In this document: one piece after another, positions 9,941-20,241 of the stretch | How positions within the stretch are numbered: the stretch's first letter is position 1 | Layout of the letters: each line of letters opens with the position of its first letter | Source: an uncultured Gemmatimonadales bacterium | Lineage (GTDB): Bacteria; Gemmatimonadota; Gemmatimonadetes; Gemmatimonadales; GWC2-71-9 | Assembly: GCA_963842945.1 (NCBI GenBank) | Contig: CAWJIM010000001.1 | Location: 161,440-225,439 of the forward strand | Direction: 5' to 3' | DNA: 64,000 bases | The notes under the pieces: generated by a model | What the model was told of the DNA's origin: nothing | What the model saw: only the letters and a program-made list of their open reading frames with translations | Database searches by the model: none | Position numbers and translations under genes: made by a program

Positions 9941-12230
9941 GCACTCTCCCAGTCGCGTTCCAGCCCGGCATAGGCCACCAGCAGCTGCTTCACACCAACT
10001 TCCTGGTCATCGAATGCCACCGACACCTTGAGATCGCGCCCGGTGCCGATGAGTCCCTGAATCGTGCCGCTGCCGAAGCGCCGGTGCCGGACCCGTTCGC
10101 CCTTCACGTAACGCGGTGTATCCTGTGAGGCTTCTTCGTCAGCAGGGACGGCGGGGCAGCGGGGCCGCGGGGCCATTGGTTCCTGTTCCGATGCGTGCTC
10201 CTCCCCGATCCCACTGCCCCGCCGCCCCGCGCGCCCCGCTGCCTCGCTGACCAATCCGGCGCCCACAGCGACGTCGTCCGCCGTTCTTCCACGATGCCCG
10301 GCGGTAGGGCCTTTAGAAAGCGGGATGCTATTCCGGGGCGGAGCTCGCCGCCTCGCCGCCGAGCCCGGGCCCAGGTCAGGTAGAGCTTGTCCTTGGCCCG
10401 GGTGAGGCCCACGTAGCAGAGCCTGCGCTCCTCCTCCAGCCCACTGGGTTGTTCCTCCGCGCGGGCCAGCGGAAACAGTCCGTGCTCCATGCCGCTCATC
10501 ACCACCACCGGCCACTCGAGACCCTTCGCGGTGTGCAGCGTCATGAGGGTCACCCCCTCCTCTTGGCCCACGACCGTATCGGCCGATGAGAGCAGCGCGG
10601 CTTCCGCCAGGAACCGCTCGAGTGGAGTCCCTGACTCCTCATCTTCCGTCGGAGCTTCCTCGGACCAGTTCGCGGCGCTGGCCACCAGCTCGCGGACATT
10701 TTCCCAGCGGTCGGCCCCTTCCGGTCCTTCAGCCAGGAGCATGTTCTCGTAATTGATGGTCCGGATGATATGCTCCAGCAAATCGGCGGGCGGAAGGTGC
10801 TGCATTTGTGCCGCTCCATCGATCAGCGCGGCAAAGGCGCGGAATGCTTCCCGGAGACTGGGCCGCAAGTCCGGAATGCGATCAGCAATGCGAGCAGTGT
10901 CCAGCAGCGGTTTGCCCCACTGAGTGGCATGCCGATCCAGTGTGGCCAGACTGGTTTCTCCCAGGCCACGGCGGGGGACTCCGACGGCTCGAAGAAACGC
11001 TTCGTTGTCCGCGGGATTGGCGATCAGGCGAAGGTACGCCAGCAAATCCTTCACTTCCCGCCGCTCGTAAAAGCTGATGGCGCCGATCAAACGGTAGGGC
11101 ACCCCGGCTCGCCGAAAGGCTTCTTCCAACGCGCGCGACTGGGAATTGGTGCGGTAGAGCACGGCCATCTCGTTATACGACCAGTCCGAGGCGGTGCTTC
11201 GTTTCTGCAGCTCGCGAACCACCCACTCCGCCTCGTCCCGCTCGTCTGCCGCTGCAACCAGCGTTACCGTCTCACCACCGCGGCGTCTGGTCGTAAGTGT
11301 TTTCCCGATTCGCCCGCTGTTCTCCGCGATTACCCCGTTCGCCGCATCCAGCACGATCTGGGTCGAACGGTAGTTCTCCTCCAGGCGGATCAATTTGGCT
11401 CCGGGGAAATCCTTGAGAAAATCCTGCATGTTCCGGACGTCCGCGCCTCGCCAGCCATAGATGGACTGATCGTCATCGCCCACCGCGCACACGTTGCCGT
11501 GCGAGCCGATCAGGCGGATGAGCTCGTACTGTGCTCGATTGGTGTCCTGGAACTCGTCTACCAGAACGAAGCGAAACCGGTTCTGGTACGTCCGGAGGCG
11601 TTCGGGGTGCTCGCGGAAGAGCCTCAGTGGATGGAGCAGAAGGTCGTCGAAGTCCATGGCGTTCGCCGCCTTCAGGGCCGGCCCCAGAGCCCCGTACACC
11701 TCGGCCGATACCTGAGCCAGTCGATCGAAGCTGGCCCCGTTGGCCAGATCGGCCGGTGCCACCATCCGGTTCTTGGCCGCGGAAATGACGGACTGCACCG
11801 CCCGGGGCGGGAACAGTTTGGTCGAGTGCCCCTGCTGATCCATCAGCCGGCGGATCAGACTCAGCCGGTCATCCTCATCGTAGATGGTGAACTGGCGGGT
11901 AAAGCCCAGCAGCTCCGCCTCCCGCCGCAAAATCCGGGCGGAGAGGGAGTGAAAGGTGCCGATCCACAGACCGGATGGGTCGCGGTTCAGCAACCGCCCG
12001 ATCCGATGCTTCATTTCCCCGGCGGCTTTGTTGGTGAAGGTTACCGCGAAGATGCGGTCGGGAGGCACGCCGTGCCGATCGATCAGCGCGGCGATGCGCA
12101 TGGTCAGGACCCGCGTCTTGCCGGAGCCAGCCCCAGCCAGGACCAGCAGTGGTCCCTCGACGTGCTCCACCGCTTCCCGCTGGGCAGGATTCAGCGCGGG
12201 CTCGAGTCCCGTGGGCGAAGCTTCGATCAC
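9937..12230 (-). CDS. pcrA: UvrD/PcrA SF1 DNA helicase, apparent frameshift near 10155 in the linker before the C-terminal domain
   Basis: AGAGSGKT, VDEFQDTN, GDDDQSIY, LEENYRS, TLHTAKGLE, EEERRLCYVGLTRA; C-terminal GERVRHRRFGSG domain lies in another frame; GTGA overlap start. Confidence 0.92.
10149..10248. repeat. Inverted pair of degenerate CCCCGCTG-family octamer arrays inside pcrA linker
   Basis: GCGGGGCAGCGGGGCCGCGGGG (~10151-10172) faces CTGCCCCGCCGCCCCGCGCGCCCCGCTGCCTCGCTG (~10214-10249). Confidence 0.65.
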
Positions 12231-13390
12231 GTCTCCCGTCCCGCGAGCGGCACTCGAATCGAAAAACAGGTTCCCCGCTCCACCGATTCCAGCATCAACA
12301 CGCCTTGGTGGGCGTCTTCCACCACCCGGCGCGAGAGCGCCAGCCCGATTCCCCACCCTCCCCGCTTGGTGGTAATGCCGGGCTCGAACAGCGTCCGGCG
12401 CAGCTCCTTGGCCACCCCAGGCCCATCATCGATGACTCGAATGATTCCCATATGATCCTCGGCTCCGATCCGCAGGATAATCGTACCGGGCCGGCCTTGC
12501 AGCGCATCAATTGCATTCTTCACCAATGATTCCAGCGCCCACTCCAACAGCACCGGATCGCCCAGAACCGTGGGGCCCACTCCTGCGGCCTCCACCCGGA
12601 GCTCGATCATGTTGGCATGTCGCGGCAGCCTGGGGCGGAAATAGCCAGCGACCCGGTCGGCCAGAGCTCCCAGCCCGATTGGCTCGCGCTTGGCCGGGTT
12701 TCCGATTCGCTCGAAGCGTTGCGCGACCCGATCGAGGCGTTCGGCATCAGCCGAAAGGTGATCGGCCAGCCCGGGAGGTGGCGTGGCATGGGAACGAACT
12801 CGCTCGATCCATCCCTGCAAACTGGTCAGCGGGGTGCCCATCTGATGGGCGGCTTCCCGCGCCATCGCAACCCACAGCCGGTCGCGCTGGGCCGACATGG
12901 CGCTCCGGTAGGCAAATACCGCCACCGCCACCATGACCGCGATGGTGAGCCCCTGCAGCACCGCCAGCGCAATCAGATTGCGCTGGGCCGGCAGCGGCCC
13001 GTAGTGCACCGTACCGATGGCCTCATCGCTGATGGGCGGGTTCTGCCGGTCGAGCCGTGCGGCGTAGCCTTTGACCCGCGGATCATCCAGGGGCGCCTCG
13101 AATGGCAAATTTGCCGCCGCTGTAACCCGTCCCGTCCGGTCGGTTACCACAAGCGGGAGTCCGAGCGATCGCACCTGTTCGCCCAGACGGAGTAACGCTT
13201 CGGCTTCGGCTCCGGCCCGGGGATTGTTCAAGCCGCCGAATACACCGGAGTAGAGCCGGCTCGTAGCCGTGGCATCGGCTTGGAAGTGGCGGAAGATCAG
13301 AATTCCGGTACCCAGACTCAGCGCGGCGAGCAGTGCTACCAGCGCCGCCACCATGGTGGGGGCCAGTCGCTGCAGCCGGTCGCTACGCAC
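12227..13390 (-). CDS. Membrane-bound sensor histidine kinase (orphan in this window)
   Basis: Two TM helices, H-box EAAHQMGTPL, N-box KNAIDA, DDGPG, GWGIGL. Confidence 0.92.
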   Translation of the reverse strand: MRSDRLQRLAPTMVAALVALLAALSLGTGILIFRHFQADATATSRLYSGVFGGLNNPRAGAEAEALLRLGEQVRSLGLPLVVTDRTGRVTAAANLPFEAPLDDPRVKGYAARLDRQNPPISDEAIGTVHYGPLPAQRNLIALAVLQGLTIAVMVAVAVFAYRSAMSAQRDRLWVAMAREAAHQMGTPLTSLQGWIERVRSHATPPPGLADHLSADAERLDRVAQRFERIGNPAKREPIGLGALADRVAGYFRPRLPRHANMIELRVEAAGVGPTVLGDPVLLEWALESLVKNAIDALQGRPGTIILRIGAEDHMGIIRVIDDGPGVAKELRRTLFEPGITTKRGGWGIGLALSRRVVEDAHQGVLMLESVERGTCFSIRVPLAGRET

Positions 13391-14666
13391 AGGGAGTCAA
13401 ACGATCGACGCCCATGTAGGGCACCAGCGCTTCCGGTACCCTGACTGACCCGTCGGCCGCTTGGTTGTTCTCCAGAAGCGCGATGATGGTGCGGGGAAAC
13501 GCCACGCCGGAGGCATTCAAGGTATGCACCAGTTCAGGCTTGGCCTTCGGAGCCGGGCGGTAACGGATGTTCGCTCGCCGGGCCTGAAAATCGGTGAAGG
13601 TGCTCGAGCTCGACACCTCGAGCCAGGTTCCCACCCCTGCGGCCCAGACCTCGATGTCGTAGGTCCGGGCACTGGCGAACCCGGTGTCCCCCGCGGCGAG
13701 CTCGATGACCCGGTAGGGCAGGCCCAGGCGGCGCAAGACGGCTTCGGCGTGCCGAGTGATCCGCTCATGCTCGGCGGGTGAGTCTTGCGGCTTCACGATG
13801 CGCACCAGCTCGACCTTATCGAATTGATGGACCCGAATGAGACCGCGGGTATCCTTCCCGTGGGAGAAGGCCTCCCGGCGAAAACAGGGCGTAAAGGCCA
13901 CGTAGGCGGCGGGCAGATCCTTGAGCTCGAGAATTTCCTCCCGATGAATGTTGGTGACCGGGACCTCCGCCGTAGGAATCAGGAACAGGTCGTCGGCCGG
14001 CGACGCGTAGACCTCCTCCGCAAACTTGGGAAGCTGGCCCGTGCCGGTCAGGGTAGCGCGGTTGACCAGGTACGGGGGCGCTACTTCCAGGTACTCATGC
14101 TCTCGAGTATGCAGATCGAGCATAAAGTTGGCGAGGGCTCGAACCAGGCGGGCCCCCGCCCCGCGGTAGAGCGGAAAGCCCGATCCGGTGATCTTCACGC
14201 CGGCGGGAAGATCCAGGATGCCGAGCGACGTGCCCAGATCCCAGTGAGGCCGTGGAGTGAAGTCGAACACCGGGGGGTCGCCCCAGGCCCGGAGTACCCG
14301 GTTGGCCGAAGCGTCGCCATCGGGCACCTCGTCCAGCGGGAGATTGGGCAGCGAGAGAAGCCGTTCGTCGAGGACCGTTTCGAGCTCCCGCAGCCCGAGA
14401 TCGAGCGCCCGCACCTCGTCACCCGATACTTTGAGCCGCTGCATGAGCTCGTCGGCCGACTCACCCGTCCGCTTTCGCCGAGCGACTTCATCGCTGGACG
14501 CGTTCCGTTCCGCTTTCAGGGATTCCGCCCGGGTCAGCAGCTCGCGCCGGCGCTGGTCCAGCTGCAGCATCTCATCCAGCAGCGGGCCCAGCGAGTCATC
14601 TCCCCGGCGCAGCAGGCGGGCCCGAGTGCCCTCGGGATCCTGGCGGAGGCGCTTGATGTCAATCAC
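13383..14666 (-). CDS. serS: Seryl-tRNA synthetase
   Basis: TGQLPKF, LIPTAEVP, FRREA, RVHQFDKVE, HTLNAS. Confidence 0.98.
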   Translation of the reverse strand: MIDIKRLRQDPEGTRARLLRRGDDSLGPLLDEMLQLDQRRRELLTRAESLKAERNASSDEVARRKRTGESADELMQRLKVSGDEVRALDLGLRELETVLDERLLSLPNLPLDEVPDGDASANRVLRAWGDPPVFDFTPRPHWDLGTSLGILDLPAGVKITGSGFPLYRGAGARLVRALANFMLDLHTREHEYLEVAPPYLVNRATLTGTGQLPKFAEEVYASPADDLFLIPTAEVPVTNIHREEILELKDLPAAYVAFTPCFRREAFSHGKDTRGLIRVHQFDKVELVRIVKPQDSPAEHERITRHAEAVLRRLGLPYRVIELAAGDTGFASARTYDIEVWAAGVGTWLEVSSSSTFTDFQARRANIRYRPAPKAKPELVHTLNASGVAFPRTIIALLENNQAADGSVRVPEALVPYMGVDRLTPCA

Positions 14667-14668
14667 AG

Positions 14669-15223
14669 CTAATTGGCGGGAAGGCCGGGCAGGAGGCCCT
14701 TGTAGCCGCAGTTGTCGTCGGTGATGACGCGAAAGGTGACAGTTCTGGCTACGTCGTCGAAGGAGACGACTTCCAGTTTGGCGTACTTCGGCAATCCAAG
14801 CGACACGCAGGTGACGCGACCCCGCACCACATAGCGCTCGCCGAGGGCAATCGGGATAGCTTGATCGGTGAGGTATCCGTTACTTGGTGCCGTCGTGATC
14901 CCCTCGAAACTCTCGGTGCTGGCCTGGAGCCCGGGCTTGACGCTGGCCAGGCTGTCGATCCCGAGGACAGCCCGGGGCAGAAACACATGCTGGCCGCCCG
15001 GTTCGACATTGTATGCAAAATCGAACTCGATGGAGACATCAGTGCGGATCTGACGACTCCCTTCGAGCGCGTACGCGCTGGCCGTGCCGACCGGGGTCTC
15101 CTCCAGCGCGTACAACGTCTCGGTCCGCTCCACGTTGGTAATCGTGGGATCGGGAAGACCATTGTCGTCGCTGCAAGCGGTCACGGCCAGCAGCAGAATG
15201 CCTGCTCCAAAAAGTGATTTCAT
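14669..15223 (-). CDS. Hypothetical lipoprotein
   Basis: Lipobox VTAC after a hydrophobic stretch; beta-rich mature part with a Cys pair. Confidence 0.75.
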   Translation of the reverse strand: MKSLFGAGILLLAVTACSDDNGLPDPTITNVERTETLYALEETPVGTASAYALEGSRQIRTDVSIEFDFAYNVEPGGQHVFLPRAVLGIDSLASVKPGLQASTESFEGITTAPSNGYLTDQAIPIALGERYVVRGRVTCVSLGLPKYAKLEVVSFDDVARTVTFRVITDDNCGYKGLLPGLPAN

Positions 15224-15232
15224 CGAGCCGGA

Positions 15233-15261
15233 AGGTTAAGCGTCACGCGAAAAGGAATCAA
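15233..15261 (-). promoter_or_regulatory. Sigma70-type promoter for the lipoprotein-serS run
   Basis: TTGATT-N17-TAACCT, 9 nt upstream of ATG. Confidence 0.6.
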
Positions 15262-15271
15262 CATTTTTTTC

Positions 15272-15300
15272 TTGACTTCACCGGAGGCGACTCCTACGTT
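15272..15300 (+). promoter_or_regulatory. Sigma70-type promoter for roadblock gene (divergent, back-to-back)
   Basis: TTGACT-N17-TACGTT. Confidence 0.6.
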
Positions 15301-15323
15301 CCGGGCAATTTTCCCACCTGGAG

Positions 15324-15683
15324 TTGATGATGGCCAACCTGACCGAGCTCGTGCGGGGCCTGGCCGAGCGCGAGGGTGTGGAGGCTGTGCTGGTCCTGAG
15401 TGCGGACGGGTTGCCCATCGAGCATGCCGCTCGGCAGTCCTTCGACTCTGAATCGCTGGCCGCACTCACCGCCACGCTGGTGCAATACGCCACCCGCCTG
15501 GGGCTTGGCTCCGGCAGGGGTGCACTGCGCAACGCGGTCATGGAGTATGACCGCGCGCTGCTGATCGTGGCCCACATCGGAACCGGGGACTGCCTGGCTC
15601 TTCTGGCAAGCGCCGAGTCGGACGTCGGGCCGATCCTCTACGATCTCCGCCAGCACCGTCCCGCGCTGGCCGCGTTGCTCTAA
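15324..15683 (+). CDS. Roadblock/LC7 (MglB-like) domain protein
   Basis: EGVEAVLVLSADGLPIE, LAAL..., GPILYDLR pattern; GGAG before ATG at 15327. Confidence 0.85.
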   Translation: MMMANLTELVRGLAEREGVEAVLVLSADGLPIEHAARQSFDSESLAALTATLVQYATRLGLGSGRGALRNAVMEYDRALLIVAHIGTGDCLALLASAESDVGPILYDLRQHRPALAALL

Positions 15684-15778
15684 AGACTGGACGCCACCAA
15701 CTTGCGTCGTCCCCGGGTAGTTCAACCTCAGATTTGAAGCTCCGCTCACGAGCACAAAACCTCGAATGCTCCTGATTT

Positions 15779-15811
15779 CCCCGCGTCCCCGCTGCCCCGC
15801 TGCCCCACCCC
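15779..15811. repeat. Octamer array (CCCCGCTG family) abutting the manC start
   Basis: CCCCGCGTCCCCGCTGCCCCGCTGCCCCACCCC directly before aATG. Confidence 0.8.
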
Positions 15812-15812
15812 A

Positions 15813-16844
15813 ATGAGATGGGCAGTCATTCTCGCGGGCGGCTCCGGAACGCGGTTCTGGCCCCTCAGTACTCCGGAACATCCCAAGCAACTGCTTCCGC
15901 TGGCGGGGTCCAGCTCCACCGCTGAGGAGGCAGTCGACCGGCTGAGCGGCCTAGTTCCCCGGGAGCGAATTCTCGTGGTGGCCGGTCCGGCTCTTGCGCC
16001 CAGGCTGGAGCAGAAGCTCAAGCTTGTCTCCGCCAACATGCTGATCGAGCCGAGGGCCGCCTCCACCGCCCCGGCCTTGATCTGGGCCACGTGGGAGGCG
16101 CTTCGACGCGATCCTCAGGCCGAGGTGCTCTCACTGCATGCTGACTGGGCGGTCGGTGATGCCGCCGCCTTCCGCCGAACGGCTGACCTCGCGCTGACCA
16201 CGGCTCGCGAGTACGCTCGCCTGGTTACCGTCGGGGTGGTGCCGTCTCGCCCGGAGACCGGCTACGGCTATATCGTCCCCGGTCCTCCGCTCGGCAACGG
16301 CGCCCGAATGGTGGCGCGGTTTTCCGAAAAACCGGACGCCGCCACCGCCCTGGACCTGATGGCGGCCGGCGCGCTGTGGAACAGTGGGCTCTTTGCCTGG
16401 ACCGCCGAGAAGTTGCTGGCCGAAACGGAAGCCCACACGCCGGAAGTGGCACCCTATCTCGGAAGTCTTCGTTCGGGGAACGTCGAGCAATTCTTTCGGG
16501 AGGTCACCCCGATCTCGATCGACGTCGGGTTGCTCGAGCGAAGTCCGTCCGTAGCAGTGGTGAGCGGAGCGTTTGCCTGGGACGATATCGGCACCTGGCA
16601 GGCACTTGCCCGGGTGAGGCCGAAAGACCCCAACGGGAACGTACTGGTGGGTCGCGCTTTCGCTCACAACGCGGAGGATTGCGTTGTGTGGGCGGAGCGT
16701 GACGCCGTGGTTCTGAGCGGTGTCCGGGATCTCATCGTGGTCCAGGCCAACGGCAGAATTCTGGTAATGCCCACCGAACAGGCCGCATCCATGAAGCAAC
16801 TGCTGGACGCGCTTCCGCCCGACATTCGCGATACCGGCTCATGA
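15813..16844 (+). CDS. manC: Mannose-1-phosphate guanylyltransferase
   Basis: ILAGGSGTRFWPLS, PKQLL, PETGYGYI, FSEKPD, WNSG, WDDIG. Confidence 0.92.
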   Translation: MRWAVILAGGSGTRFWPLSTPEHPKQLLPLAGSSSTAEEAVDRLSGLVPRERILVVAGPALAPRLEQKLKLVSANMLIEPRAASTAPALIWATWEALRRDPQAEVLSLHADWAVGDAAAFRRTADLALTTAREYARLVTVGVVPSRPETGYGYIVPGPPLGNGARMVARFSEKPDAATALDLMAAGALWNSGLFAWTAEKLLAETEAHTPEVAPYLGSLRSGNVEQFFREVTPISIDVGLLERSPSVAVVSGAFAWDDIGTWQALARVRPKDPNGNVLVGRAFAHNAEDCVVWAERDAVVLSGVRDLIVVQANGRILVMPTEQAASMKQLLDALPPDIRDTGS

Positions 16845-18010
16845 CCGCCTTGTACCTGCTCGAGCCGGAGTCGCCCGGGGCGACCTGGGCTCCCTTTGCG
16901 GGTGTCCGACCCATCGCGGAGCTTCGCGCCGGAATCTGGCGGATCCGGGAACGTTGGGAGGCCGCCGCAGGAGAGGACGCTACCGCGCTGCTGGGAGACC
17001 ACGCCGCCGGCTTCTCTGAGTCCGACGAGCCCTCGGTACAATCTCCCAGAAGCATCGAGGGGCCGGCGCTGATAGCGGCCTCCTGGTTCGCTCCCACCGG
17101 TGTTCCGCTCAATCCTTCGCCCGGAATTCGGCGGTTGACCCACAAGCACCAGAGCGTCGGGTGGCTGATTGCGTCCGGCGAGCGCTGGACCCGGCCCCAC
17201 GATCAGGGCTCGGCGCTGGAAATCGAAGGCGTTCCGCTTCGCGGCACCTACGATCTGCTCACCGCCCTGGAGGAGCTGCTGATCGCAGATTGTGCCGACT
17301 TTCTCGCCGCGCCACACGGCGGAGTACCCGAGGGAAGCCTGGTCCTCGGCGATCCGACGCATGTGATCTGTCTGGGCGCCACCGTCGAGCCCGGTGTGAT
17401 GTTCGACGTGCGCCAGGGCGCGGTCGTGGTGGATCAGGGCGCGGAGATAAGGAGTGGCACTCGGCTGGAAGGTCCCATCTATGTGGGGCCGGGGACTCGG
17501 GTGTTGGGCGGCTTCATCCGTGGCTCGGTGTTTGGGCCGGAATGCCGGGTGCGCGGCGAGATCTCGACCAGTGTGTTTCTGGGATACGCCAACAAGAGCC
17601 ACGAGGGCTTCGTGGGCCACAGCGTCATTGGCCACTGGGTGAATCTTGGAGCCGGGAGCACGACGTCCAACCTCAAGAACACCTACGGCCCGGTCCGTCT
17701 GGAGGTCGACGGCGAGCGGATCGAAACCGGCCGACTCAACCTGGGCAGCCTGATCGGCGACCACGCCAAGACGGCAATCGGTACCATGCTCCCAACCGGC
17801 ACCGTCATTTCCACCGGGGCCAACGTCTTCGGCCCGCCCAACGCGCCCAAGTACATCCCGCCCTTTGCCTGGGGGTGTTCCGGCACCGAACGGATGTCTG
17901 AGGACGGATTTCTCCGAGTTGCCGAGCGGGTGATGGGCCGGCGCAATGTCGCCTTCTCGGCTGATCGCCAGGAATCCCTGCGGCTGGCTTACCAGCGGAG
18001 CATCCGGTGA
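16841..18010 (+). CDS. GlmU-related putative sugar nucleotidyl/acyltransferase with hexapeptide repeats
   Basis: RPIAELRAG N-terminus, left-handed beta-helix repeats, NKSHEGFVGHS, NLGAGSTTSNLKN. Confidence 0.82.
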   Translation: MTALYLLEPESPGATWAPFAGVRPIAELRAGIWRIRERWEAAAGEDATALLGDHAAGFSESDEPSVQSPRSIEGPALIAASWFAPTGVPLNPSPGIRRLTHKHQSVGWLIASGERWTRPHDQGSALEIEGVPLRGTYDLLTALEELLIADCADFLAAPHGGVPEGSLVLGDPTHVICLGATVEPGVMFDVRQGAVVVDQGAEIRSGTRLEGPIYVGPGTRVLGGFIRGSVFGPECRVRGEISTSVFLGYANKSHEGFVGHSVIGHWVNLGAGSTTSNLKNTYGPVRLEVDGERIETGRLNLGSLIGDHAKTAIGTMLPTGTVISTGANVFGPPNAPKYIPPFAWGCSGTERMSEDGFLRVAERVMGRRNVAFSADRQESLRLAYQRSIR

Positions 18011-18816
18011 TCACGCTGTACATGTTGGGATCGGGCTCCCGGGGGAATTGCTGCGCGGTCGAGTCCGAAGGGGTGGTTCTGCTGGTCGATGCCGGATTCA
18101 GCACCCGCGAAGTCGAGCGGCGGGCCGAGGCCGTCGGATTGGATCTCAGCCGCGTGGCCGGCATCGCCCTCACCCATGAGCACGGCGACCACAGCAGAGG
18201 CGCCCTGGGACTCGCCCGGCGGCTGCGGGCGCCGGTGCTCACCGGCTCGGGTACCTGGGCCAGGCTTACCACGCTGCATCAGGAAACCGAGCACCGGCTG
18301 CTCGGCCTGTGCAGCCGGGCGGAATTAGGACCATTTCAGCTGGAGGCGTGCTCAACCAGCCACGACGCGGCCGACCCGCTCGCCATTGTGATCCGGACAA
18401 CCGATGGTGCCAGCATCGGATTGGCGTACGATCTGGGACGGCCCACCCTGGCCGTGCGCTATCTGCTGCGGAATCTGAGTGCGATTGTTCTCGAAGCCAA
18501 TTACGACGAATTACAGCTGAGAACCAGCGCTTACCCTCCGGTGGTGCAACGACGGATCGCGGGCTCGGCTGGGCATCTTTCCAATCGGGCCGCCGCCCAG
18601 CTGCTGCGCGAGCTGCACCACCCTGGTCTCTCAATCGTAGTGCTCGCGCACTTGAGCGAGCACTGCAATACGGCCGCCGACGCGCGGGCGGCGGTAGCGA
18701 CCGCGCTCCGGCGCTCCGGCTTCCTGGGAGTGTTGCACGTGGCAAACCAGGACCAGCCGCTGCCGCCCATCCCGGTCGCCCACATGACCGGCATCCAGCT
18801 GGATTTGGCGCTGTAG
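18007..18816 (+). CDS. MBL-fold metallo-hydrolase (YycJ/WalJ-like)
   Basis: LGSGSRGN, THEHGDH, SHDA, LEANYD, GHLSN, LAHLS. Confidence 0.92.
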   Translation: MITLYMLGSGSRGNCCAVESEGVVLLVDAGFSTREVERRAEAVGLDLSRVAGIALTHEHGDHSRGALGLARRLRAPVLTGSGTWARLTTLHQETEHRLLGLCSRAELGPFQLEACSTSHDAADPLAIVIRTTDGASIGLAYDLGRPTLAVRYLLRNLSAIVLEANYDELQLRTSAYPPVVQRRIAGSAGHLSNRAAAQLLRELHHPGLSIVVLAHLSEHCNTAADARAAVATALRRSGFLGVLHVANQDQPLPPIPVAHMTGIQLDLAL

Positions 18817-18867
18817 CCTGTAGCGTCTTCCGTCCAGCCCCGATCGCGCTCCGCGCTCACACCCTCG

Positions 18868-19479
18868 CTACTTGTTCAGCGGTAGGCCGAAGCCCAACGA
18901 AAGGTGTACGTCGTTCTGGGTCTGCTTCTCTTCGAACGTGTTTTCATCTACGAAGGTGGTACCGTAGATGTAATCGTCCGCGGCAACGTAGAGACTGAGG
19001 AAGCTGCCCAGGTTAAACCCTACCGTGGCTCCCACCACTCCCCCGACATCGGTCTTGTCCTCGAGATTGGCGTAGGCATCTCCGCTCCGCTTCACCAGAC
19101 TGGCCCCCGCATTGAGACCCAGCCAAACCGGGCTGGTCCAGGGGATGACCTGGAAGCTGGCCCGAGCCGACCCAAACAGCAGGTTCGCGTCGGTTTTGGT
19201 CTCGCTGTTGTTGAAGGTGAACCGGAGGCTGCTTGGCACGTAGGATACCGAGGTGACCAGGCCCAACCGCTCGCCGAAGCGGAGACCCAGCCGGCCGCCG
19301 ACAGCCAGGGCAACCTCCTGCTTGAACTCCTGGCCCTGGGCGGCTTTGGCCAATTCCGTCGTGGGAATGTAGGCCCCGATCGTAGGAGAGAGGTACAGCT
19401 TTTGGGCCGCGAGAGGTGAGGCCATGCAGAGTCCGGTCGCCACGACGGTGAGGCCGGCACGAAGGGATGCGGGAAGCAC
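18868..19479 (-). CDS. Outer-membrane beta-barrel-like protein
   Basis: Signal peptide (PLAA|Q), alternating beta strands, C-terminal LSLGFGL; GTG start chosen. Confidence 0.7.
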   Translation of the reverse strand: MLPASLRAGLTVVATGLCMASPLAAQKLYLSPTIGAYIPTTELAKAAQGQEFKQEVALAVGGRLGLRFGERLGLVTSVSYVPSSLRFTFNNSETKTDANLLFGSARASFQVIPWTSPVWLGLNAGASLVKRSGDAYANLEDKTDVGGVVGATVGFNLGSFLSLYVAADDYIYGTTFVDENTFEEKQTQNDVHLSLGFGLPLNK

Positions 19480-19644
19480 GGGACGGTGATCCTCTTGGTG
19501 ATGAGTCGGAGATGATAGAGATTGGCGTCGTCCATAGTATTCTGTACAAAGCGGCGGACGTCTAGTCCGCCATCCTCTCTGTGGACGCAGCTCGCGCTCT
19601 GATTTTCTCACCACGAAAACTGGAAGGAGAGCTGGAGGGTCTGC

Positions 19645-20154
19645 TCAGGCGCTGACGGTGCTGTCGAGGATGGGATCCTCACACTGCCAGGTCGCGCGGT
19701 CTACTGCATAACCGTTGCGGGTAAGCAGCTCGGAGCCGGCCAGGAGGAATCCAAAGAAGACCAGAAGGAGTGCTATGGTGTGCGCCAGTCCGCTGCGCAC
19801 CTTCCAGGATGCCGTCGCAGCCCATATTCCGGCCACGATCACGGTCGTTACCGCACCGAGGTAGCCCAGCAGCGGAAATCCACAGGAGCGGTTGTAAGGC
19901 CACCAGCCCATGGTCACCGCCAGGCTGAGCGCCAGGACCACCCGAAACCACATGCCGAGGACCTGTCGCTCCGGACTCACCTCATCCCGAGGAACGATGC
20001 TCATCGGAGCAAAGGAGGCGGTGGACGAGTGCGGGGCGCCCGCGCGCGGAGGCTCCGGCTGTCCCTGAAGCCCAGGCAGTTGGGCCAGGAGGCGGTCTAC
20101 CACCCCCGCCATCGGGTCAGGGTGTGGACCCCGCTGGGGTATCGGTTTCGGCAT
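19645..20154 (-). CDS. Hypothetical membrane protein (three TM helices, Cys pair)
   Basis: Pro-rich N-terminus, three hydrophobic segments, WWPYNRSCG motif. Confidence 0.7.
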   Translation of the reverse strand: MPKPIPQRGPHPDPMAGVVDRLLAQLPGLQGQPEPPRAGAPHSSTASFAPMSIVPRDEVSPERQVLGMWFRVVLALSLAVTMGWWPYNRSCGFPLLGYLGAVTTVIVAGIWAATASWKVRSGLAHTIALLLVFFGFLLAGSELLTRNGYAVDRATWQCEDPILDSTVSA

Positions 20155-20199
20155 TGGGCTCCGGCGCAAAGGTGAACGGCAGGCGCTCGGTATCGCATG

Positions 20200-20241
20200 G
20201 CATTAGCCATACCATCTCGCCAAGGCTCTAAGTCATTGCTG
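20200..20241 (-). promoter_or_regulatory. Candidate sigma54 promoter with upstream IHF-like site
   Basis: TGGTATGGCTAATGC (GG-N10-GC) at 20214-20200; CAA-TGAC-TTA at 20238-20229. Confidence 0.45.

Noticed and set aside
19553..19571. GGCGGAC-GTCTA-GTCCGCC hairpin as a riboswitch
   Set aside because: A single short stem with no recognisable aptamer features; at most a terminator or operator.
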